64,000 nt of DNA. Origin: an uncultured Roseivirgaceae bacterium (GTDB lineage Bacteria > Bacteroidota > Bacteroidia > Cytophagales > Cyclobacteriaceae). Below, piece by piece: positions 33,137-41,071 of the stretch; the first letter of the stretch is position 1; every line of letters begins with the position of its first letter. The translations under genes were made by a program, and so were the position numbers. The stretch is from contig CAZQJU010000005.1 in assembly GCA_964593185.1 (NCBI GenBank), positions 2,180-66,179 on the forward strand, given 5' to 3'. Below the pieces are notes generated by a model that was not told the origin of the DNA, searched no databases, and worked only from the letters and a program-made list of their open reading frames with translations.

Positions 33137-33787
33137 TTGGAAGATACCTACAAGCATAAAGGACTCAGGAAACAACTGATCAAAGAAATTACCCAGAAAG
33201 GCATTAAAGATGAACGGGTAATTTCCGCAATTAGCAAAATTCCAAGGCATTTATTCTTCGACAAAATTTTTGAAATGCATGCCTACGAAGACAAGGCCTT
33301 CCCGATCGAAGCGGGTCAAACCATCAGTCAGCCTTTTACGGTGGCCTTTCAAAGCGAAAAATTGAACGTCAAACCCGGGAGCAAGATTTTAGAAATCGGT
33401 ACTGGCTCGGGCTACCAAGCATGCGTCCTGGTAGAGCTGGGGGCAGACGTATACACCATTGAATATCAAAAAAAGCTGTATCAAAAAGCAATTCGTTTCT
33501 TGCCATCGATCGGATATCAGCCTCATATGTATCATGGCGATGGCTCTGTAGGAATCCCTCGGTTTGCGCCGTATGATGGCATTATCGTGACGGCAGGAGC
33601 CCCAAGTGTTCCAAAAGAATTGATTCAGCAACTAAGAATTGGCGGCAAACTTGTAATTCCGGTGGGTGGTGAGAAACTTCAATCAATGCTAGTCCTAACT
33701 AAAACGGATGAGAATAAAGTAAGTAAGGAGGAATTTGACCATTTCAGCTTCGTACCTTTGCAGGGCAAAAGAGGTCGTAGCCACTAA
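33137..33787 (+). CDS. pcm: Protein-L-isoaspartate O-methyltransferase
   Basis: 'GQTISQP', 'LEIGTGSGYQ', 'APYDGIIVTAG', 'FVPL'. Confidence 0.96.
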   Translation: MEDTYKHKGLRKQLIKEITQKGIKDERVISAISKIPRHLFFDKIFEMHAYEDKAFPIEAGQTISQPFTVAFQSEKLNVKPGSKILEIGTGSGYQACVLVELGADVYTIEYQKKLYQKAIRFLPSIGYQPHMYHGDGSVGIPRFAPYDGIIVTAGAPSVPKELIQQLRIGGKLVIPVGGEKLQSMLVLTKTDENKVSKEEFDHFSFVPLQGKRGRSH

Positions 33788-33797
33788 AAATACCTGA

Positions 33798-34313
33798 ATG
33801 AAAAAAGTAAAAAAATGCAGTGATTCCTTTGTAACCATGACGGAACTGGTGTTGCCCAACGACACCAACGGATTAGATAATCTGATGGGAGGACGCCTTA
33901 TGCATTGGATGGATATCGCTGCGGCTATTGCAGCACAGAAACATTCAAACCGAATTGTGGTTACCGCGTCAGTTGATAACATTTCGTTTTCGGAACCAAT
34001 CCGCAAGAGCAACACCGTTACGATCTCTGCCTTCGTCACCCGAGCATTTAGCTCATCGATGGAAGTTTACATGGAAGTTACGGCTGAAGATATTCCGGCG
34101 GACAAGAAAGTACACACCAATAAAGCCTTTTTTACGTTCGTGGCAGTGGATCAAAGTGGCAAACCCATCAACATTCCTGAAGTAGAACCGCAAACAGACC
34201 TGGAAAAAGAACTTTACGAAGGAGCCCTGAGACGGAGACAACTCCGGTTAGTCCTTAGTGGCAGAATGAAACCAAGCGAAGCAAAGGAGTTAAAATCTAT
34301 TTTTGACTTGTAG
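33798..34313 (+). CDS. Acyl-CoA thioesterase (hotdog fold, YciA-like)
   Basis: 'PNDTN..NLMGG', 'VVTASVD', 'FTFVAVD'. Confidence 0.92.
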   Translation: MKKVKKCSDSFVTMTELVLPNDTNGLDNLMGGRLMHWMDIAAAIAAQKHSNRIVVTASVDNISFSEPIRKSNTVTISAFVTRAFSSSMEVYMEVTAEDIPADKKVHTNKAFFTFVAVDQSGKPINIPEVEPQTDLEKELYEGALRRRQLRLVLSGRMKPSEAKELKSIFDL

Positions 34314-34317
34314 GCTC

Positions 34318-34833
34318 ATGATGAATTCAGAAGACCTCCATCTTTTAATCCACGAAGAAATCTACGCAATCAAAGCGCATTCTGGGGAACAATCCGAGGA
34401 ATCCCATGAAGATATAGCGATACATCGGCAGGAAGTAGTAGAAGAAAAAATATCGGAAAAAGCACCGGATGTGCCGGTAGTTGACACGTCCAAACCCTCA
34501 GAAGAGGCACCTTCAAATGAACGCGACGTCATTCCTGTAGCAATCTTCCATGAAGCCACTTCTAACAACGAACTTGATCTGCTACAGAAGATCATTGCTG
34601 CATGTGGATTAGAGGTCGATCAATACACCGTGTTTGCCAGCGGTTTTAACAAGGAAGTGAAGTTCGCGAAAGGGCTGGTTTTTGTTTCAGCTGCTAAAAA
34701 GTTCTACGAGGTCATACCTTATCAGACAAGCCAAATCCTTTGTTCGAAACCCTTGGACGTTATTGCATCAGATCAAAACGAAAAAGTGAAGTTGTGGAAT
34801 GCTCTGAAACGCTACTTAGGTAAAGAACAGTAA
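34318..34833 (+). CDS. Hypothetical protein, possibly DNA polymerase III psi (HolD)-like
   Basis: Short N-terminal motif, disordered acidic linker, 'LLQKIIAACGL' and C-terminal 'KVKLWNALK'. Confidence 0.5.
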   Translation: MMNSEDLHLLIHEEIYAIKAHSGEQSEESHEDIAIHRQEVVEEKISEKAPDVPVVDTSKPSEEAPSNERDVIPVAIFHEATSNNELDLLQKIIAACGLEVDQYTVFASGFNKEVKFAKGLVFVSAAKKFYEVIPYQTSQILCSKPLDVIASDQNEKVKLWNALKRYLGKEQ

Positions 34834-34885
34834 AAACTTCACCAGACTGGACTGAAGATTTAGCGCAAGAGATCCACAAACCCTG

Positions 34886-36025
34886 TTAATGCACCCCTGC
34901 GTACACAAGCTGGACCATTTCTTCAAGCTTGGATGGCTCGAGCCACCGGGTAACAATGACCAGGTCTTCTTCCTGATCTACGACGATATAGTTACCTCCA
35001 AAGCCTGCTGCATAAAAGAGGTGCTCAGGAGTATTTTCTCCCAGGTTCCTTGGACCTCTGTTCAACCACCACATGTAGCCGTAGCTTTCGTAGGCAGAGG
35101 CTGGGGTTTGTACATCCTGCGTCCATTTTTCAGAAATCAATTGCCGTCCATTCCAATTTCCTTTGCGTGCGAACAATAGCCCAAAACGTGCATGATCCAT
35201 GGTATTGACAAAAACGCCACCACCATGGTGACCGCCCCCACTGACAATTTGCATCTGTTGTCCATCCATGGTAATCCAGGAATCATTGTAACCATACCAG
35301 CGCCACGTAGTGCTTGCCCCGATTGGGTCCATGATGCGTTCCTTCAATACTTGAGGCAAAGGTCTTCTCCAAACGTTGAGCAAGGAATAAGATAAAAGAT
35401 TTACTCGAACGTCGTTGTATTTGAAGCTTGTTCCCGGGTCCTTTAACTCCCTATACTTCCATTGGTCATACGTATCATCTCTCAGTGGACGATCGGCCCA
35501 GTCGTTCAAGCCAAATAAAGTTCCGGACCAGTCTGAAGTCTGTTGCAATAAATGCTCCCAGGTTATCTGACTATTGTGTTCTCCTCTAAAGGTGCCGTCC
35601 CAGACATATTCCTGAACGGGATCTTGCACAGTACGAATCAGTCCGTCATCAATGGCCAAGCCAGCTGTTGTGGAGAGGTAACTTTTGGTTACGCTAAAAG
35701 TCATGTCTACACGCTGTACGTCTCCCCACTGGGCTACGATATATCCATCCTTTAAAATCATTCCGGCAGGTCCTCCGCGCTCTTTCGTAGGTCCAAGCAA
35801 CTTGTGGTCGGGTTCACGCGCAAAGGACTTCAAAATAGCCAAGCGCAAATCTCTTTCGCCCGTATATTCGTTTGCCTTCGCAAAGTCGACTGCTTCTTGA
35901 ATCTTATCTGGGTCAAGTTTGACGTCCTCAGGACTTCGTATCTCCCATGAGGTCTGAGCAGGATAGTATTGGGAGAGGCCTTGTTGGCAAACAAAGACTG
36001 CAAGTAAAAGAAGTAGTTTTTTCAT
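34886..36025 (-). CDS. Serine hydrolase, beta-lactamase/NylB-like fold, exported
   Basis: Intact SxxK (FSVTKS), 'LLQQTSD', catalytic Tyr in 'FKYND', 'AAGFGGN'. Confidence 0.9.
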   Translation of the reverse strand: MKKLLLLLAVFVCQQGLSQYYPAQTSWEIRSPEDVKLDPDKIQEAVDFAKANEYTGERDLRLAILKSFAREPDHKLLGPTKERGGPAGMILKDGYIVAQWGDVQRVDMTFSVTKSYLSTTAGLAIDDGLIRTVQDPVQEYVWDGTFRGEHNSQITWEHLLQQTSDWSGTLFGLNDWADRPLRDDTYDQWKYRELKDPGTSFKYNDVRVNLLSYSLLNVWRRPLPQVLKERIMDPIGASTTWRWYGYNDSWITMDGQQMQIVSGGGHHGGGVFVNTMDHARFGLLFARKGNWNGRQLISEKWTQDVQTPASAYESYGYMWWLNRGPRNLGENTPEHLFYAAGFGGNYIVVDQEEDLVIVTRWLEPSKLEEMVQLVYAGVH

Positions 36026-36050
36026 ATGAGCAATTTAAACATTAGCCTAA

Positions 36051-37535
36051 TTAATCTGCCAGCACTTCGAATTCCACCCTTCGATTTAACTTCCGAGTCT
36101 GTTCGTTAGCGTTGCTGGCTATGGGTTGGTTTCCACCATAACCCTTTCCTCTCACACGATAGGCGCTGATTCCCTTGGAAAGAATGTATGCTTTGACGGT
36201 CTTGACGCGAGCTTCAGAAAGCTTTACATTCTTGACCGGATCACCTGTATTGTCCGTATGTCCCTTCAGGAGAATTTTGAGGTTAGGATTATCACGCATT
36301 ACTTCAACTACCAAATCCAATTCTTGTTCTGAGCCCTCTACAAGATTGGCTGTCCCTCGATGAAAAAGTACATGATCCAATGGGATGGTATTTCCTTTTG
36401 CCACGGAGTTTAGCGTCACAATGTTATCCCCCAGCGTAAACGTAGCGTCGATCATCAGCCTTCTAGGTAAGTAGCCAGCAGATTTTACTTCTACCTCGTT
36501 TCCCATTAAACTATCCAAGACAAGACCTTCAGCAACATTCAACGTGTCTGTAGCGGTCATCACTGTGGCTATGATAGGCTCGTAGGTAGCAGCATCCACC
36601 ACCCGCATCGTTATTGATGTAGGGTGTACTTCTTCTTCCTTAGCTACAAGTGACGTATCCAGTACCGTAGTAGTATCTAGTTCAATATCTTCCTTGATCA
36701 TGATCTTCATGATATCTCCATATCCATCACTATCCTGTGAGCTGACAAAATAGGCCCACCCTTCACCATCCCTGAAAGCAAAGGACGTTTCTGATCCCGA
36801 TGAATTAATCTGATTGCCAAGATTAACTGGTTGGGACCAACTTTTCCAAGAATCGTCTTGACGAATCGAATAGAAAAGGTCGTAGCTACCCTCACCACCA
36901 CGACCATTTGTGGCAAAGAACAAGGTCTTGTTGTCGGCTGCCAAGAAGGGCGTTATCTCTTGAAAAGCGGTATTTAAGTCACTACCTAAGTTTTTAAAGC
37001 TACTCCAACCACCATTCGCTTCCCTTTTAGAGACATAGAGATCTTCGACACCATACGTGTTGCCTGATTCCATACTTAAAATCATGTATTGCCCATTAGC
37101 GGAGATAGAACCACTTTGCACCGAAGACTGACTTTTCATGAAGGGAATATCGACCTTCTCCGTTTTCCCACTTTGAAGGTTCTTGGCAAGGACAACGCCC
37201 CGATAACTCCCTTTCGAAAATATCACGTGGCTGAAGAAGAGCCGCCCGTTCCAAAACCCAATTGGACTGACCATCCCTTTGGTATTAAGCCAATCCTTGA
37301 ACACCAGAACCGTAGCACTATCATGCTGGATCTCAATGATGGTATTTTCATCACCGCTGCCTCCACTCTCCTCCGTAAAAGACATGCTTCCGGATTCCGG
37401 ATCAAGTACTAGATAATTCTGTCCGAAGGGTGAATTCACCGCATCTACCGCCAAAGGCGCTCCCTCAAAACGTATTTGAGCTGAAAGGGTAAAAGCTAGG
37501 AAGAGGTAGGGAATACTAATTATTGAACTTTTCAA
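36051..37535 (-). CDS. OmpA-family protein with PD40/WD40-like beta-propeller
   Basis: 'EITPFLAADNKTLFFATNGRGGEGSYDLF' PD40 repeats; C-terminal 'GHTDN...LSEARV...NRRVEF' peptidoglycan-binding domain. Confidence 0.9.
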   Translation of the reverse strand: MKSSIISIPYLFLAFTLSAQIRFEGAPLAVDAVNSPFGQNYLVLDPESGSMSFTEESGGSGDENTIIEIQHDSATVLVFKDWLNTKGMVSPIGFWNGRLFFSHVIFSKGSYRGVVLAKNLQSGKTEKVDIPFMKSQSSVQSGSISANGQYMILSMESGNTYGVEDLYVSKREANGGWSSFKNLGSDLNTAFQEITPFLAADNKTLFFATNGRGGEGSYDLFYSIRQDDSWKSWSQPVNLGNQINSSGSETSFAFRDGEGWAYFVSSQDSDGYGDIMKIMIKEDIELDTTTVLDTSLVAKEEEVHPTSITMRVVDAATYEPIIATVMTATDTLNVAEGLVLDSLMGNEVEVKSAGYLPRRLMIDATFTLGDNIVTLNSVAKGNTIPLDHVLFHRGTANLVEGSEQELDLVVEVMRDNPNLKILLKGHTDNTGDPVKNVKLSEARVKTVKAYILSKGISAYRVRGKGYGGNQPIASNANEQTRKLNRRVEFEVLAD

Positions 37536-37602
37536 TTATTTTTTTTTAATTTTTTAATACAAAAATTTTATTATATAACTAAACTAATATATAATTGTAC
37601 TC

Positions 37603-37684
37603 GTAAAGTTTCTCTATTGGTTAGTTGGTGACAAAGCTAAACAGCTAGTGAATTTAAGTCCGGGGTGGTTTCCGGACTTTTTTT
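37603..37684 (+). ncRNA. Candidate ~80-nt small RNA
   Basis: Plus-strand terminator lying between two minus-strand genes, preceded by TATAATTG (one mismatch to TAnnTTTG) at 37590-37597. The 5' end is estimated. Confidence 0.5.
37656..37684 (+). terminator. Intrinsic terminator, plus orientation
   Basis: AAGTCCGG-GGTGGTTT-CCGGACTT ending in a 7-T run. Confidence 0.8.
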
Positions 37685-38306
37685 ATGTCTTAATCGGCTT
37701 ACTTACGTATTTATTGCCCTTTATGATGAACCTCCAGGGCCTTAACGCATCTTCTTCGGCATATTCCACTCCGATTCGCGTTCCACTGACGATTTCAACA
37801 GGAGTTTCTACACGGGGTTTGGCGATCCAGAGTTGTTCTCCAAGCAGATCTGTACCAGACATTCCAACATGGATTCCCATCGCTTGTGAAAGTGTTCCTG
37901 GACCCGAGGAAAGCTTCGCTTTCGGATTTCCTCTACGAATCCGCATTTCTTCGATAGCTAGCAGGGGCTCAAGGCCCCGGATAAGCACAGCATCAGCCTG
38001 GCCCTCCTGATTCGTCACCACATTAACCAGGTGATGTATACCATAGCATAGGTACACATATGCATGTCCACCTTGTCCATACATTACTTCGGTTCTTGGC
38101 GTACGCTTTCCATTCGCATGGCAAGCTTTATCCCCACGGCCGCAATAAGCTTCGGTTTCAACGATTCTCCCCGCTGCTAAAACCCCATCTACATTACTCA
38201 CCAGTACTTTGCCCAACAAATCCTGTGCGACTTGCACGACATCTTCGTTCAGATAAAACGATCTATCTAATTTTTCGTAAATGGTTGTATTAATTTCGAA
38301 GACCAT
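37683..38306 (-). CDS. DNA-3-methyladenine glycosylase (AAG/MPG family)
   Basis: 'GRIVETEAY', 'AYVYLCYGIH', 'AVLIRGLEP', 'GPGTL', 'RIGV'. Start uncertain; ATG 38306 used. Confidence 0.93.
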   Translation of the reverse strand: MVFEINTTIYEKLDRSFYLNEDVVQVAQDLLGKVLVSNVDGVLAAGRIVETEAYCGRGDKACHANGKRTPRTEVMYGQGGHAYVYLCYGIHHLVNVVTNQEGQADAVLIRGLEPLLAIEEMRIRRGNPKAKLSSGPGTLSQAMGIHVGMSGTDLLGEQLWIAKPRVETPVEIVSGTRIGVEYAEEDALRPWRFIIKGNKYVSKPIKT

Positions 38307-38325
38307 AAAACCATAATTAACTCTT

Positions 38326-39195
38326 ATGAACACAAAACGAATTACAAATCTAATCGCGTTAAGCTTGCTAGTAGCATTTGGTGCTACCGCACAAATTAGC
38401 ACCCCAGCGCCAAGTCCAGCTGGGTCCGTAAGCTCAACTGTAGGACTTACCGAAATAAAAGTTGACTACTTCAGACCTGGAGTGAAAGGAAGAAAAATCT
38501 TTGGATCAGGGGATGAATTTCTTCAACCATATGGAGAAATATGGAGAACAGGAGCCAATGCCGGGACCTTTCTTACATTAAGTACAGCTGCAAATATTGG
38601 GGGTGTGGACGTTGAAGCTGGCGAATATCAAATCGTGTCAAAACCTGGGGCAGATTCATGGGAAGTTATGCTCTTAACAGAGCGTATTGGTGGCAACATG
38701 GCCAACTATAAAGAAGACATTGTTGCTGCGAAAATGACTGCCAAGCCTATGAAGACTTCAGGTTTAGTAGAACGAATGACATTCCAAATCACAGACATCA
38801 GTGAGGACAACACAATGGCGAATATTCAATTCTCCTGGGAGAATGCGATGTTTAACATTCCGGTCCAGGTGAGCTATCATGAAACAGTAATGGCTGACAT
38901 TGAAGCCAAAACACAGGTAAACCCTGGAAACTACGTAGCTGCTGCAACCTATTATCTGAATGCAGATGAAAATCTTGAGCAAGCGCTTGAATGGATGAAT
39001 CTGTATCTAGCTGTCGGCGATAATTCAGGTCAGTTTTGGAATGTGCATACCAAAGCACGTATCCTGGCAAAACTTGGCAAGAAAAAAGAAGCCATTGCGA
39101 CCGCAGAGGATTCGCTTGAAAAAGCAAAGAACTTTGCAAATGGAGACTTCGGATACATCAAGAGAAATGAAGATTTGATTAAGTCCTTGAAGTAA
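38326..39195 (+). CDS. DUF2911 domain exported protein with C-terminal TPR-like helices
   Basis: 'PAPSP', 'VDYFRPGVKGRKIFG', 'WRTGAN'. Confidence 0.87.
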   Translation: MNTKRITNLIALSLLVAFGATAQISTPAPSPAGSVSSTVGLTEIKVDYFRPGVKGRKIFGSGDEFLQPYGEIWRTGANAGTFLTLSTAANIGGVDVEAGEYQIVSKPGADSWEVMLLTERIGGNMANYKEDIVAAKMTAKPMKTSGLVERMTFQITDISEDNTMANIQFSWENAMFNIPVQVSYHETVMADIEAKTQVNPGNYVAAATYYLNADENLEQALEWMNLYLAVGDNSGQFWNVHTKARILAKLGKKKEAIATAEDSLEKAKNFANGDFGYIKRNEDLIKSLK

Positions 39196-39218
39196 CTAAC
39201 ATCACTGTAACAGGAACT

Positions 39219-39248
39219 AAAAGCGTAGACGAGAGTTTACGCTTTTTT
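39219..39248. terminator. Probably bidirectional intrinsic terminator
   Basis: AAAAGCGTAGAC-GAGA-GTTTACGCTTTT(TT) between convergent genes, overlapping the symporter stop codon. Confidence 0.8.
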
Positions 39249-40937
39249 CGTTCTAAGGAAGACTTGGATGCACATACTGAACAATAACGTCCCTCCACAT
39301 CCAATCAGATTGTACCATAGATAACTTAAAGAGAAGAGTCCGGCCTCCGTCATAAAATGGATCGCAATCACCCCCGTTTGCGCAATGATGGCAGCGATAA
39401 ACACCGCATTTCCGTTCACCCATTTCAAGAAAAAGGCCACTAAGAATATCCCTAAGACGGTACCGTAGAAAATGGATCCAACAATATTTACAGCTTCAAT
39501 CAAGTTCTCAGAATTCTTTGCGAGAATCGCAAACAAAATTGCCAAAACACCCCAGCCAAACGTCATCAATTTGGACGTAGTAAGGTAATGGTCGTCTGAA
39601 GCCCCTTTATTGATCGCTCTTTTGTAGAAGTCGACCGAGGTGGTCGAGGCCAATGCATTGAGCTCAGAGGAGGTAGACGACATGGCGGCAGAAAAAATAA
39701 CCGCAATGAGCAACCCTATCAACCCGTGTGGCAAATAGGTTATGATAAACGTGAGAAAAACATAATCAGAGTCCTTGGTCTCTAACGACTCATCTGCTTT
39801 CAGGATGATCTCCTTGGCCTCATTTCGAAGCGCCAGGACATTCGCATCTGCTGCTTTAAATTCCGTTAGGAAGTCAGCCTTTTCAAAAGTAGTAATTCCT
39901 TCATTGGCGTAGTTGCTTGCCGCCAATCTCCGTTGCTCAAGTGCTTCCTGATAGGCCTGATCCACAGACTGGTACTCCTCTGCAAACGCCGACTCCGCAA
40001 CAATCTTGACTGAAGTCTCTTTAAAGTGCAAGGGTGGATTATAAAAGATGTAAAAGACATATACCATTACACCCGTAAACAGTATAAAAAACTGCATCGG
40101 TATCTTCAGGATAGCATTGAACATCAACCCCATTCTGCTCTCCGCTGCACTTGAACCACCCAGATATCGCTGAACCTGAGACTGATCTGTTCCAAAGTAA
40201 GAAAGTTGTAAAAAGAACCCTCCGGCTAACCCTGACCAGATAGTATATCTTGTGCCTGCATCAGTACTAAAATTTACCGCTTCCAACTTCCCAAGACTAC
40301 CTGCAATCTCCAACGCACCCCCGAACGTAGTGTGATCATTGATGTACGCAATAATGACAAAGAAAGCAGCAAACATCCCTCCCATGATCACGGCCATTTG
40401 TTGTTTCTGTGTAATTGAAACAGCTTTTGTCCCTCCTGAAACGGTGTAGATGATCACCAAAATTCCTGTCCCCAGAATGGTCAGCGTTAAATTCCAATTT
40501 AGGATAGAAGAGATGATGATTGCGGGAGCATAGATAGTGATCCCTGCGGCCAACCCTCGCTGAATCAAAAATAGTGCTGCCCCCAAGTATCGGGTTTTGA
40601 GATCAAATCTACTTTCCAAAAACTCGTATGCTGTATAGACTTTGAGGCGATAGAATATAGGGATGAAGACCACACAAACGACAATCATTGCCAGCGGAAG
40701 TCCAAAGTAGTTTTGCACGAAGCCCATCCCACTCTCGTAAGCTTGGCCGGGTGTGGAAATAAAGGTGATGGCACTTGCCTGGGTCGCCATGACGGATAAG
40801 CCAATGGTCCCCCATTTCATCGAATGACTTCCAAGTAAGTAGCCTTCTATATCCTTTTGCCCTCTGGTTTTGTAAACTCCGTAAGCAACAATGAATATTA
40901 GCGTACCAAAGAGTACGACCAGATCAAGCGTATTCAT
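39237..40937 (-). CDS. Sodium:solute symporter (SSS family)
   Basis: 'SVMATQASAITF', 'TAYEFLESRF', 'GGTKAV', 'DQSQVQRY', 'AAMSSTSSELN'; multiple TM helices. Confidence 0.94.
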   Translation of the reverse strand: MNTLDLVVLFGTLIFIVAYGVYKTRGQKDIEGYLLGSHSMKWGTIGLSVMATQASAITFISTPGQAYESGMGFVQNYFGLPLAMIVVCVVFIPIFYRLKVYTAYEFLESRFDLKTRYLGAALFLIQRGLAAGITIYAPAIIISSILNWNLTLTILGTGILVIIYTVSGGTKAVSITQKQQMAVIMGGMFAAFFVIIAYINDHTTFGGALEIAGSLGKLEAVNFSTDAGTRYTIWSGLAGGFFLQLSYFGTDQSQVQRYLGGSSAAESRMGLMFNAILKIPMQFFILFTGVMVYVFYIFYNPPLHFKETSVKIVAESAFAEEYQSVDQAYQEALEQRRLAASNYANEGITTFEKADFLTEFKAADANVLALRNEAKEIILKADESLETKDSDYVFLTFIITYLPHGLIGLLIAVIFSAAMSSTSSELNALASTTSVDFYKRAINKGASDDHYLTTSKLMTFGWGVLAILFAILAKNSENLIEAVNIVGSIFYGTVLGIFLVAFFLKWVNGNAVFIAAIIAQTGVIAIHFMTEAGLFSLSYLWYNLIGCGGTLLFSMCIQVFLRTKKA

Positions 40938-41071
40938 TTATAAGCAGCACTGAATAGATGAAACAATAGGATGAGAAACCCTAACCAAAAAACAATAAAA
41001 ATGTAGAGATACCTCCACCTTTTAAAAAGTGGTGGTTTGTTGATGTTCTTTTCTGAGATGAGTTCAGTCAT
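40934..41071 (-). CDS. 45-aa single-TM protein, probable symporter accessory subunit (not in ORF track)
   Basis: MTELISEKNINKPPLFKRWRYLYIFIVFWLGFLILLFHLFSAAYK; overlaps the PIG-L stop (ATGACTGA) and the symporter start (ATGA). Confidence 0.78.
   Translation of the reverse strand: MTELISEKNINKPPLFKRWRYLYIFIVFWLGFLILLFHLFSAAYK

Noticed and set aside
34886-36025. Beta-lactam resistance gene
   Set aside because: Motifs fit the broad esterase/amidase (NylB-like) branch; nothing specifically supports beta-lactamase activity.
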